Part shown: positions 41,381 through 51,457 of the stretch, piece after piece | How the letters are laid out: the number at the start of each line of letters is the position of its first letter | How positions within the stretch are numbered: position 1 is the stretch's first letter | Assembly (NCBI GenBank): GCA_048941265.1 | Contig: JBHLNT010000003.1 | Location: 20,701-84,700 of the forward strand | Direction: 5' to 3' | From: Promethearchaeota archaeon | GTDB lineage: Archaea; Asgardarchaeota; Lokiarchaeia; Sigyniarchaeales; SOKP01 | Length of the DNA: 64,000 nucleotides | The notes under the pieces: model-generated | What the model was told of the DNA's origin: nothing | Seen by the model: the letters and a program-made list of their open reading frames with translations, nothing else | The model's database searches: none | Program-made: the position numbers and the translations under genes

Positions 41381-41554
41381 CTAATACAAGTTCTTCGAAG
41401 TTGATTTCAATTTTTTTAATTTATCCTGATAATCTGGACAGAGTTTATAACTGGGGAAATGGCATAAACACTCCATTTTTGGTAGAATACATGACTGTGA
41501 GAATGGACAAAATAAAAGTGTGTTTTCAGGACTAAAATTTAATTCACTACTCAT
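41381..41554 (-). CDS. Small Cys-rich protein
   Basis: AGGTGA upstream of ATG 41554; FCPFSQSCILPKMECLCHFPSYKLCPDY. Confidence 0.5.
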   Translation of the reverse strand: MSSELNFSPENTLLFCPFSQSCILPKMECLCHFPSYKLCPDYQDKLKKLKSTSKNLY

Positions 41555-41757
41555 ACATCTTATCACCTAATGAATCTTTATAAATCAAAAATCAGATCTT
41601 TAATGTCTATCTAGAGCATCGAACCTTAATAAAAAAAGATGACTACTCAAAATTATTAATTTTTTGATAATTAACTTATCATCGCAAAATCAAATTAGCT
41701 TTTTTTCAAATAAAAAATAGTGGGAAAAAAAGGGGTATAGAAGCATAATATTATCTC

Positions 41758-42072
41758 CTATTGGAGTCCAATTAAGGGCAAAGCTTCTCTTGTAGTTAAC
41801 AAATGTTCTATTTTGAATCGCGTTCCCTCAATATAAAAATAGCCCGTAAACCTATTTGCTATAGCAATTAGCCCTTCGTGGGCCTTATCATCTTTAACTT
41901 CGTAAAGTACGTAATTCTTAATTTCAGAATCAAGAACCACGAAAACTTTCTCTTGGGTTACATATTCAGGCAATTTGGGGGCCTTTCCAGATAAAAACGC
42001 TTGCCCTACTTCTTTTGCTTTAGAGGGGGGGTATGTGAAAATCACGAGATAGTAAGTCAGTTTTTTTTTCAC
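41758..42072 (-). CDS. Small hypothetical protein (ferredoxin-like alpha/beta); start possibly CTG 42060
   Basis: 104-aa ORF; the track GTG is part of GAGGTGA. Confidence 0.65.
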   Translation of the reverse strand: MKKKLTYYLVIFTYPPSKAKEVGQAFLSGKAPKLPEYVTQEKVFVVLDSEIKNYVLYEVKDDKAHEGLIAIANRFTGYFYIEGTRFKIEHLLTTREALPLIGLQ

Positions 42073-42212
42073 CTCTTTTAAATTAATTTTTAATTGAAAA
42101 TTTTGGTCAAACTTTGTATTTTTCTAAATATAATTATTAATTCAATCTATTCTTTTAAAATTGTTTAGAGTTTTAGAGTTATGGAAATCTCTAAAAAAAA
42201 ATAGAATTTCTA

Positions 42213-43115
42213 TCAAAAAGCATCTAAATTACTCAAATTATCAAAATCAAAGAGAGGATTCGTCTTTATCATACCAGCCATGTGAAATACACCAAAGGAT
42301 CCACACAGATTACAATTCACATCATTTCCATGGCAACAGAACGGAATCTCAAATCCATGATTCCCTAAATAAAGAGGTAATAAATATTTCTTTAAAGGGC
42401 AATTATTTGTTATTTCTAGTGCATTTTGAGATAATAATAGGTCAAATGCTAATTCGTGATTAAGAATATAATTGGGATATTTCTTTTTCATAGCATGAGC
42501 ATTTTCTACTGCGAAATCTCGTTCTTTTAGAGATTTCCAAGCAAATTCGGATGTATCATACTTCCTTGGTACATAAAAGGAGAAGATAAATCCTCTGATT
42601 GGAGTTTCTTTCATTAAAAAATCGATAAGTTCCTTGAAACAGTTTTCATTCTTTTTTGTAATTACACACTGGCATTGGAGATCACCTTCAAAATCTTCTG
42701 GTAAATTATTTAAATTATTAATTACTTTTTGAAATGAGCCGTTCCCTCGTATTTCATCATTTATTTCTTCAGGACCGTCTAAAGAGATCACCCATTTTGT
42801 TTTTGGACCCAAATTAATTAAAGGTAGTGTTCCATTAGTGGTAATAACATTACGGGGGAAAAGTTTCACACCTAATTTTAAAATATCTTTTCTTAAAAGG
42901 GGTTCTCCTCCCATCCAGACCATAGAATAGATACCGTGCCTTCTTTTATACTTTTTAATCTCTTTTATCATTATTTCTGCGGGCATCTCATTTTTCCCTG
43001 TGGGAGTATTAGGATTGCCCTCTCGAAATACAAAACAGTGTTTACATTTTAAAGTACATCTATTAGTTATATTTACCATAGCAAGAGGATAAAACCTTTT
43101 TAACTCTTTATTCAA
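42213..43115 (-). CDS. Radical SAM protein
   Basis: CTLKCKHC, GGEPLLR, TNGT, SLDG; C-terminal CC...C..CG. Confidence 0.9.
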   Translation of the reverse strand: MNKELKRFYPLAMVNITNRCTLKCKHCFVFREGNPNTPTGKNEMPAEIMIKEIKKYKRRHGIYSMVWMGGEPLLRKDILKLGVKLFPRNVITTNGTLPLINLGPKTKWVISLDGPEEINDEIRGNGSFQKVINNLNNLPEDFEGDLQCQCVITKKNENCFKELIDFLMKETPIRGFIFSFYVPRKYDTSEFAWKSLKERDFAVENAHAMKKKYPNYILNHELAFDLLLSQNALEITNNCPLKKYLLPLYLGNHGFEIPFCCHGNDVNCNLCGSFGVFHMAGMIKTNPLFDFDNLSNLDAF

Positions 43116-43145
43116 AGAAAATTTCCTCGTTAAATATTAAAAAAA

Positions 43146-43616
43146 TTATTTTTTTAATTCATTCGTAAATATTTCAATCTTCTCTAAGTGAGCTTCTTTC
43201 TTTATTTCTTTGGATTTAATTTCAAGTGTTGCAACTGGATCTTTTTCACACAATTTAGCCATTTCTTCAAAACAATTTTCTCCTCCACGTCCCGCTTCTG
43301 TACAAAAGAAAGCAACCTTCTTAAATTTCTCTTTATTTTCTACAATATATGTTCTTATAGGAATTGACATATTGCCCACCCAAATTGGAGTTCCAATAGC
43401 AATTAAATCGTAAGATTCTGGATTTTTATTGGTGGTTTCTAAAATAGTTAATTTCTTCTTCATGGCATCAATCGCAGATTTTAAATAGCCAAAAAATCCT
43501 TTTCTGTTCTTGGTATCAAAAATTTCTTCACAGTCACAATTTAAATTTTCTTTAATTAAGTTAGCAACCTTTTTTGTCGAACCTGTTCTGGAATAATAAT
43601 TTATTAAAACGTTCAT
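43146..43616 (-). CDS. Flavodoxin
   Basis: YYSRTGST, GTPIW, FFCT. Confidence 0.88.
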   Translation of the reverse strand: MNVLINYYSRTGSTKKVANLIKENLNCDCEEIFDTKNRKGFFGYLKSAIDAMKKKLTILETTNKNPESYDLIAIGTPIWVGNMSIPIRTYIVENKEKFKKVAFFCTEAGRGGENCFEEMAKLCEKDPVATLEIKSKEIKKEAHLEKIEIFTNELKK

Positions 43617-43768
43617 AGTAAGTCAAATTAAACCTTAAAAATTATTAAAAGTTATCTAAAATTCTTGAAAAACCTTATTCTATAAATTTTAGATAATAAA
43701 AGAAAGATTGTACTACATTAAATTTTAAAATGATAGTAGCACAAATAATATCAATTCTAAGTTAAAAT

Positions 43769-44764
43769 GTGAAGTATATGGAAAACAAAAAAAAATCCTT
43801 AAAATTGACGGATGGAGGGATGGCAACATTCTTTGCTGGAATGGCATTACAATATAATCCAAATATCGAGCCGGGATTAGAGGCTGTGCTGCAGTTTAAC
43901 CTTGAAGATGAAGGTTATTATCTCGTCATCAATCAAGATGAATGTAAGGCTTATAGAGGTTCATATCGGGAACCTACAATGACAATAATTACACCAGCAG
44001 ATATATGGATGAAAATTTCGACAGGTGAACTTGATGGAACAAAAGCTTTTATGAAAAAACTTTTTAAAGTTGAGGGGGACATGAATCTATTATTAAAGTT
44101 AAATAAAATCTTTTCTGAATCTGGGATTCAACAAAATATCTCTAGAGAATCTCAAAAGCCAATTAAAAATTTAGAAAAGCTTCCTGATCATCGAGGACCT
44201 CTTAATATATCGGGTATGACATGGCTGAATATAGCTTTCATCCCTTGGATCATAGTCTGGGTCTGGGGTTCAATTTCACCTGGTATAGTTCCTCAAATCG
44301 TCGCTGCTGGAATTGCTCTTATAATTACACTTTATCACTTTTTAACGAATCGAACAACACTTTTTGAAAAAGGTACGTGTATCTATTTAATTTTGGTTGC
44401 TATATTTTATGGCATTGGTATTCAACTTTTTATAACCTATTCCAGAATTATCAATTATATTTTTCTTGGAGGATTATGGTTAGGATCCCTTATGAATAAC
44501 TTCTGTTTGACAGCAGAATATTCTCGATTACCATACCCTAAGGAAATCTGGGGATCTCAAGCCTTTTTAAAGACAAATGATATATTATGTGCAATATGGG
44601 GAGTATATTTTTTGATTATGGCAGTGTATAATTACTTTATGCTGATATATAGTGAGTTGTATTTAATTTTGATGATAATTTCTTATATTACGTTAATTCC
44701 TATGTTTTGTTTTACATCATGGTTCCAAAAATGGTATCCTTCAAAATTGATTAGAGAATCGTAA
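43769..44764 (+). CDS. SCP2 sterol-carrier domain fused to multi-pass membrane domain
   Basis: N-terminal SCP2 very similar to that of 39934; ~6 TM segments. Confidence 0.8.
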   Translation: MKYMENKKKSLKLTDGGMATFFAGMALQYNPNIEPGLEAVLQFNLEDEGYYLVINQDECKAYRGSYREPTMTIITPADIWMKISTGELDGTKAFMKKLFKVEGDMNLLLKLNKIFSESGIQQNISRESQKPIKNLEKLPDHRGPLNISGMTWLNIAFIPWIIVWVWGSISPGIVPQIVAAGIALIITLYHFLTNRTTLFEKGTCIYLILVAIFYGIGIQLFITYSRIINYIFLGGLWLGSLMNNFCLTAEYSRLPYPKEIWGSQAFLKTNDILCAIWGVYFLIMAVYNYFMLIYSELYLILMIISYITLIPMFCFTSWFQKWYPSKLIRES

Positions 44765-44812
44765 CCTAAATCTAAAGTCTATTAAAATAAAAAATTAAAA
44801 AGAATACATCCT

Positions 44813-44956
44813 TTAAGACACGAGATCTTCCTTCAATTTTTCTGCTATAGTGCCCAATCAATTTACTATCGCGGCTATTTCTTCCATCAAATCTATTTGT
44901 TCCTCAGTTGAAACACTAATTTCCTCTATCGAATAAGTTGCCCATGTAATTTTATC
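44813..44956 (-). pseudogene. C-terminal relic of a methyl-accepting chemotaxis-like protein
   Basis: DKITWATYSIEEISVSTEEQIDLMEEIAAIVN*LGTIAEKLKEDLVS*; no start codon before the TEEQ motif, internal TGA at 44858-44860. Confidence 0.5.
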
Positions 44957-44960
44957 ACGA

Positions 44961-45467
44961 TTAGAACTTCAAATGTCTAAATCTATTTATTAAAAGCGAC
45001 ATAAGTAGAGAAAATATAAAAAGCTGTAAAATAAATGATATTTCCATTAATATAATCTTACCCCATCCCACATAGCGTATGATTACTTTTACAATCCCAT
45101 CAACACGGCTTCTAGGGATTGGTCTCTTATCTACTACCTCATTTGCATCTCCTTTAGTTAAATAAAACCACTCACTACCATTTTTCCACTTTCCAACGAC
45201 TCGATGTACAATAGATTCCTCAGGAGCATCATCCCATAGACCAGCTGCATTAAATACAATAACATCACCGTCCTTATTTTCTATTGATCCTGCTTTAATA
45301 ATCGTATCATTTTTAATTCCTTTAATTATTACAGCATCTCCTTTATTTATGTAGGGTTTCATTGAATCTGATTTAACAACTGCTATAGGCTGAGAAGTGG
45401 ATAATGTAAACTTCAGAATAAATAAGAACATAAATGGACTAAAAATTAGAAAAAATATGACGAACAC
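44961..45467 (-). CDS. Signal peptidase I (Sec11/S26B type)
   Basis: VVKSDSMKP (Ser), GDVIVF, IVHRVV (His), TKGDAN; start may be ATT 45497. Confidence 0.88.
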   Translation of the reverse strand: MFVIFFLIFSPFMFLFILKFTLSTSQPIAVVKSDSMKPYINKGDAVIIKGIKNDTIIKAGSIENKDGDVIVFNAAGLWDDAPEESIVHRVVGKWKNGSEWFYLTKGDANEVVDKRPIPRSRVDGIVKVIIRYVGWGKIILMEISFILQLFIFSLLMSLLINRFRHLKF

Positions 45468-46057
45468 AATGATGCTTTTTTTAGTATGATCTCTAATAAA
45501 ATCACCACATGAATAAATTACTACTAAAAAGCATATTATATAAAAAAACTCCTTTTTCTACAAAATAATACAACTTCACGCTTATAAACTTTTTAATTCT
45601 CTATATAAAATATATTGTAGTAGAGAGAGATATATAGATCTTCTAAGTATATTCTTGACTAAAGTTTTAAGCTCTATTTAAAACCGTGGTTTAAGAGAAG
45701 ATGAAAATTGGTTGTTTGCATTGTTTATATCATTTTTTAGCTTAGAAATTAGAAAACTTATCATTTCTTCAATAATTTGCTTTTAAGAGAGTTGTTAAAA
45801 TAAAAATATTCACTACTTTTAAAAAATCTGATATCTATTAAGGTGATTTGATTCTTTATTATTTGACTTTTTATACAATGCAATATCCTTTAACTCAATT
45901 AGAAGTTTTTAACAATAAAAGTAATTTAAATAAAATATGTAAAGCGAAAGTTAAATTGATATTTTGAGTTAATATTGCGTTAAGCAAAATTTTTATTCTA
46001 TTTATTTGTATAGTAATGTATAATTTGATCTTTTTTATGGAATCCGAGGAACGTTAA

Positions 46058-47527
46058 ATGACGCATCAACCCATAAAAAATAATTCTTCATGGAAAAGGA
46101 TATTATTAATTAAACCAAATTATAGGGTTGCTGATTTTCCACCTATAAATTTACCGCCATTAAATTTAACCTATATTGCAAGTTATTTAATTGATTTAGA
46201 TGTTGATATAGAAATTATTGACGCAAAAGTGAACAATTTAAGCTATAAGCAAATAAGGAAAAAAATCCAGAAATTTCAACCAGATATCGTGGGTATCACC
46301 GTTTATGTAACCCCGGCTATTAAGATATGTTATAAAATTGCTAAAATTGTAAAGGAGGTAAATAGTAATTGTATTGTTGTATTTGGTGGTCGGCATCCCA
46401 CATTTGAGCCAGAAGATACGTTCCAATCAAAAGATGTGGATATTATAGTTAGAGGAGAAGGAGAATTAACTTTTAGAGAACTCATTATAAACGGTTCACC
46501 AGAAGAAGTTGACGGAATTTCTTATAGATATAATGGAAAAATTGTCCATAATCAGGATAGACCTTTAATGGATTATGCTAATATTAGATTTCCAGCGAGG
46601 CATCTTCTCAAAAATTACAAATATTTAAATTTTACAGTTCGACAAGAAACAATAGAAACATCTAGAGGCTGTCCTTTCGCTTGCAAATTTTGTACTACAC
46701 ATGTAATTAATAATGGCCACTGGAGACCGCAACCGATTGAAAAAATAATTACGGAATTGAAAATCATCTCAAAAAATAAGCATAATATGGATATTTTTTT
46801 TGTGGATGATAATTTTGCTGCCGATACCAAAAGAATCGAAAAGTTATGCACCAGAATAATAGAGTGTAAAAAAAAAAAGGAAATTAAGGATTTCAAATTT
46901 CTTGCTCAAGTTAGGGCCGATTCCGTTGTAATATCTCCCCAAATGATAAAAAAAATGGCTGAGGCTGGATTTTATAATGTATTTTTTGGGATAGAGAGTA
47001 TTTATGATAAAACTTTACAGGGTATAGGAAAGGGCATTACGTTTAACAAGGTTTTAAAAGCCATTGAAGTTTTGCATAAAAATCATATAATTATTATGGG
47101 AAATATGATAATTGGTTCTGATCTCAATCAAAAAGAAGATGATGTAATAAAAGAGATAAAATTTATGAAGAATGTAGACGTTGATATATTGTCCTTCAGT
47201 TTATTAACCCCGTTTCCGGGAACCGCAATATTTCGGGAGTTAGATGAAAAAAAACTTCTGATTTCTAAAGATTGGACTAAATATACGTTATATAATCCAG
47301 TAATTAAAACTTACCAACTATCACCTGAAAAATTGCGTGAATTATTTCATTTTGCTTTAAAGGAATTCAAATATAGTAACAATTTACGAGCGATGGTTTA
47401 TCGATTAACTAAAACGCGAGGAAAACTCTTTTTTTTGAATCCTATACGGCTTTTTCTTCTTTTCAAATTATTTATTGAAGCCAGAATTTTATTAAAAGTT
47501 ATGTCAAAACAGTTTATAAATCCTTAA
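46058..47527 (+). CDS. B12-binding radical SAM protein
   Basis: PPLNL.YIA, GG.HPT, RGEGE, TSRGCPFACKFC, DDNF, TPFPGT. Confidence 0.9.
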   Translation: MTHQPIKNNSSWKRILLIKPNYRVADFPPINLPPLNLTYIASYLIDLDVDIEIIDAKVNNLSYKQIRKKIQKFQPDIVGITVYVTPAIKICYKIAKIVKEVNSNCIVVFGGRHPTFEPEDTFQSKDVDIIVRGEGELTFRELIINGSPEEVDGISYRYNGKIVHNQDRPLMDYANIRFPARHLLKNYKYLNFTVRQETIETSRGCPFACKFCTTHVINNGHWRPQPIEKIITELKIISKNKHNMDIFFVDDNFAADTKRIEKLCTRIIECKKKKEIKDFKFLAQVRADSVVISPQMIKKMAEAGFYNVFFGIESIYDKTLQGIGKGITFNKVLKAIEVLHKNHIIIMGNMIIGSDLNQKEDDVIKEIKFMKNVDVDILSFSLLTPFPGTAIFRELDEKKLLISKDWTKYTLYNPVIKTYQLSPEKLRELFHFALKEFKYSNNLRAMVYRLTKTRGKLFFLNPIRLFLLFKLFIEARILLKVMSKQFINP

Positions 47528-47567
47528 TTTATTTAAAGCTCTCCTTTATGACCATACCTAATATTAG

Positions 47568-48644
47568 CTACTTTTCGGGTGGTTCTTTATGCGTCGTTGG
47601 CACCTTTTTAGCTTTTTTCGGTGGTTTAGATTCGGTTACTTTTATGATTTTTTTTACTGGTTTGGATGGATCAATTGGTGCATTACAAACCCAGCAAGCG
47701 TTTTCTAAGGTTTCTAATGCGAGTGCGCAGTTTTTGCAATAAAGAGCATCGCAAGCTGGACACATAAAAATATTATACCCCGATAGTTTACCCATACATA
47801 CTAAGCAAATTTTTTTTTCTTTAGCAATTGAAACTTCTTCTTCAGTTAGGTGGCCAGTTCTTTGAGATATGATAAATAATGATTCTTCAACTTTAATCTC
47901 CTTTTTGCTTGGAAATTCCTCAAGTTTTTCAGGTTCTTCTCTTAATCCAAAATAAAAAAACCACAAGGCGCACATCATTCCAATTTTAAAAAGAATATCG
48001 AAAAGACTGTATATCAGAAAACCTTCTAATAAGACAAAAGTAAGTGTTGTAAACCATCCTATTGATAGCGATAAAAATTTTTTCCTTATCACCCCTCTTG
48101 ATCGAATACTTTTAAATAAAGTTCCAAATCCATTAAAAGTTATAGTAAAGAATATCATGAGAAGTATTATGATGCTTGCGGGGGAACCAAGAATAACTTG
48201 ACTTTGAATTAACTCTTCACCTGAATTTGGGGGATAAACAACATTCACGTTATTCACAGGATCAAATATAAAAAACACGAAAAGGAGGGATACCAAAAAT
48301 AAAAACACAGATATCACATACCATTTTTTCTTAGGTATGAGAAGTTTTGTGGCAATATAGAGTGCAACTGCTCCAGAAAGAGGCGACCACATCCAACATA
48401 ATAAAAATTGTACGAAGTATGGAAAATTTGAATTATTACCTGTTATTAATATCGTTAAAAAATCAATGCAGATTCCTAAATACATACAACCCGTACATAT
48501 ATTCATTATTCCCAAATAATAAAGCAATTTTGCATTGGTTTTTTTGGATTTATCAATCAAAAATATTCCAAAGCCTAGATATATTATAACAATACTTATA
48601 GCTGAAATGCCATTGATTACACCCGTATTAGTAAGCATGAGCAT
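47568..48644 (-). CDS. ~7-TM membrane protein with C-terminal RING-like C8 zinc finger
   Basis: Hydrophobic N-terminal ~235 aa; CLVC..CPAC....CKNC..CWVC. Confidence 0.75.
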   Translation of the reverse strand: MLMLTNTGVINGISAISIVIIYLGFGIFLIDKSKKTNAKLLYYLGIMNICTGCMYLGICIDFLTILITGNNSNFPYFVQFLLCWMWSPLSGAVALYIATKLLIPKKKWYVISVFLFLVSLLFVFFIFDPVNNVNVVYPPNSGEELIQSQVILGSPASIIILLMIFFTITFNGFGTLFKSIRSRGVIRKKFLSLSIGWFTTLTFVLLEGFLIYSLFDILFKIGMMCALWFFYFGLREEPEKLEEFPSKKEIKVEESLFIISQRTGHLTEEEVSIAKEKKICLVCMGKLSGYNIFMCPACDALYCKNCALALETLENACWVCNAPIDPSKPVKKIIKVTESKPPKKAKKVPTTHKEPPEK

Positions 48645-48925
48645 TTAAAAAGAACCCCATATTTCATATAATTTTTAGTAATTCACAATTTCAAGCACTA
48701 TCAATATATTCTTAGAATTTCTATTGCATTAAAAAATATGCAATCTTGTATTAAAATTTATTCATTAGAACCGAATGATAATGATAATAACCTAAAAAAA
48801 ATCTTAAGAAATTTTATTTTGAATCCCGAGGATCTTTGTAGGAATATAACTTTTTAGGATCCTATTAAATCTAACAATTCTTAGGGGAGTTGTTCCTGTC
48901 ATAAAATATATTCATGAAACTCTAT

Positions 48926-49084
48926 TTATCTAAGTTTATTCAATAGATAGAACATAAATGAGGAAAAGATAATAACCTGTAAAATAAAAGATATTTTTAT
49001 TAATATAGCCTTAGCCCAAGTCATATAACATGCATGTTCTTTAACAATTCCTTTAATACGACTTCTAGGAAATGGTTTCTTATT
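48926..49084 (-). pseudogene. Relic of the 3' end of a signal peptidase I paralog
   Basis: NKKPFPRSRIKGIVKEHACYMTWAKAILIKISFILQVIIFSSFMFYLLNKLR* aligns without gaps to the C-terminus of 44961-45467; catalytic part absent. Confidence 0.7.
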
Positions 49085-49203
49085 TTTAAATGAAGTTCTA
49101 AGATATTTTTAGGACTTTTTTTTAAGAGGATATGAATATTAGCATTGCTTAATATTTCACTTTATATATATACAACAAAAAATATATTAGAAAGAGATGG
49201 AAA

Positions 49204-50586
49204 ATGACAGAAGAAATAAAAAAGAAAGAGACAGGATCATTGATTGAGGATCAGAATACTGAAAAACTCAATTGGAATTTATTATTGTCGTTCTTTAATC
49301 AAAGAAAAGGTCCTGATGTTCTATTTAAAGGTCTTGATTCCAATAGTATTGAAGAATTAGAATTAGATGCTATTCTACAGAATTTGGATTATAATTTTGA
49401 AGAAGAGACATTTATTTTTGGGTTTCGAAAAAACTTAATCTTAAATTATTTATTTAACATTTATTCAGAATTTGCAAGATCTAAGCAAAACCTTCTTATG
49501 ATTTCTTATATTATCCGAGAGGAATATATTCACGAGCAAAATATTGATACTCTTAGATTATTGGAAAATAAAAAACATATACTTAAAAAATTTGGCGAAG
49601 AATTAAAAAATATGGATAATCTTCCTACAATGATACGAAAAATCGAAGATCCAGGATGCGATATTCCAGATTCAATGTTTAATGAATATAGAGATGAATT
49701 TTATCAATTATACAAAAAGTATTATGAAAAATTTGAACCGATTTCAGAAGTTTTAAAAAAACTTAAAATAACATGTCCAATTTGTAAAACTTCGAAAGAA
49801 ATCGATATTCCCGGAAGAATAGTGAATTTTAAAAAAGATTTGATAACGATTCCAATCCCCCAACATAGAGTCTGTGAGCATGCGTTTTTGATGTGCTTAA
49901 AAATTGTCGATGATCAAATTAAAATTGGTGGAGTAAAAGAATTAGAACATAAACGTGAATATGTAGCACCAGAATTTAGATTTAGATTTCGAGAAAAAGA
50001 TATTGTTGAGATCAAATCTTACTTAAAATCAGAAACATTAATTAATGTTCTCAATGCGTTATTCTTTAGGAAAAAAGTGTTGATATTAACACGAAATTCA
50101 GATGATTTTAATAAAATTATCTTGAAATTCATTAATTTAATTTTTCAAGATTCTTTTGCAATCTCGATTGAAGTCAAAAAAAGGTCAATAATTGATAAAA
50201 ACCCGGTTCTGTTTGAAGATTATTTTATTATTGAAAATTTGAATGAAGAAGCTATAAATTCTGAAAATCTCTTTTATGAAATAAAAATTGTTGAAAATTT
50301 CTATAATAATAATGATTATCTTTTAAGTTTAGATAACCTTAAGCATGAAATCTCTTTCATTTATGGACTCTCCCAAGAAATATATAAGTTTGCTATAAAT
50401 GAAAATAAAACACACCCTATAAAACGCAAGAATTTAATTCAGAATCTGCTTGACACTTTTTTAATTGAAGTAAATAAAAGCTTTCTCTCGTTTTTACTCA
50501 AAATTGTGGAAAATTACTTTGATACTCGAATTGAATTCACACAAGATTTATTAGCTAAAAAAATTGACGAGATGTGGGGAAATTAA
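49204..50586 (+). CDS. Longin/uDENN-like + Zn-finger + DENN-like protein
   Basis: LLSFFNQRKGPDVL (uDENN/longin-like start), CPIC...CEH Zn site, LNALFFRKKVLIL (DENN-core-like); inferred by eye. Confidence 0.5.
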   Translation: MTEEIKKKETGSLIEDQNTEKLNWNLLLSFFNQRKGPDVLFKGLDSNSIEELELDAILQNLDYNFEEETFIFGFRKNLILNYLFNIYSEFARSKQNLLMISYIIREEYIHEQNIDTLRLLENKKHILKKFGEELKNMDNLPTMIRKIEDPGCDIPDSMFNEYRDEFYQLYKKYYEKFEPISEVLKKLKITCPICKTSKEIDIPGRIVNFKKDLITIPIPQHRVCEHAFLMCLKIVDDQIKIGGVKELEHKREYVAPEFRFRFREKDIVEIKSYLKSETLINVLNALFFRKKVLILTRNSDDFNKIILKFINLIFQDSFAISIEVKKRSIIDKNPVLFEDYFIIENLNEEAINSENLFYEIKIVENFYNNNDYLLSLDNLKHEISFIYGLSQEIYKFAINENKTHPIKRKNLIQNLLDTFLIEVNKSFLSFLLKIVENYFDTRIEFTQDLLAKKIDEMWGN

Positions 50587-50733
50587 GATCTTCTTTTTAA
50601 AAACTTTTTAAAGGGATTAATCCTTTGATAGTATTTCCCCGTTATGAAACATATTAATATCTACCTGGATATTTATTTTAATACTGTGAATATTTCTAAT
50701 TTTGACGAATCATCAAATCATTGAAAAGATTTT

Positions 50734-51060
50734 TTAATTCTTTTGAAGATTTATGAGCTCAAATTTTGTATCTTCAAATAATTTATTTAGATTCCAGACA
50801 AACGCTTCAAATTTCTTAAATAATTGGAAATCAACTTCGCGAGTATCTTTCTCTTCAGCACAAAAAGGATTACTTTTAAACATTTTTGCAGTATCTATAG
50901 AAATTAAATTAGTCTCTAAAATTTGCTGAAATTTAGGAGAAATTTTAGCAATTAAGTCAGCTAATTCAAAGCCTGTACATTTATTTTCAACCAACTTCTT
51001 TATGTCTTCTAAAATGGTTAATTTTTGCTCGAGTTCTTTTACTTTATCTTTTTTATTCAT
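50734..51060 (-). CDS. Hypothetical helical protein
   Basis: 108-aa ATG ORF with typical composition. Confidence 0.55.
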   Translation of the reverse strand: MNKKDKVKELEQKLTILEDIKKLVENKCTGFELADLIAKISPKFQQILETNLISIDTAKMFKSNPFCAEEKDTREVDFQLFKKFEAFVWNLNKLFEDTKFELINLQKN

Positions 51061-51457
51061 TTTTAAGTTATTAATATATAATTAGAATTAATTCAATATC
51101 ATAATCTGATGAAATAAGTAAAATATAAATCTAATAAAACTTCTCTTAAAAAAGGATAAATTTATCATGAATGAAGATTATAAAACTAATGTTTCTAACC
51201 AAATTAGTTTTTATTATATTAAAATGATGAAAATCTGCTATTATATTTGTGCAATATAATCTGCTATTCGTTTCTTTGTAATTAGTATATCGATAATAAT
51301 TTCATCTACCGATTCATTTATGAAATCTTCTAATTCTTGAAAATTAACAGAATATTCTGATTAATTATCTAAATCTTTACTTTCATATGGCTTAAAGAAT
51401 ATATTCTTCCATCTAATTGTCAAAAGATAAAGCATTACTAATTTATATGCTTGAAAA

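Noticed and set aside
51241-51435. Minus-strand frame with one internal TAA that reads protein-like
   Set aside because: Possibly a gene relic, but I could not assign any homology.
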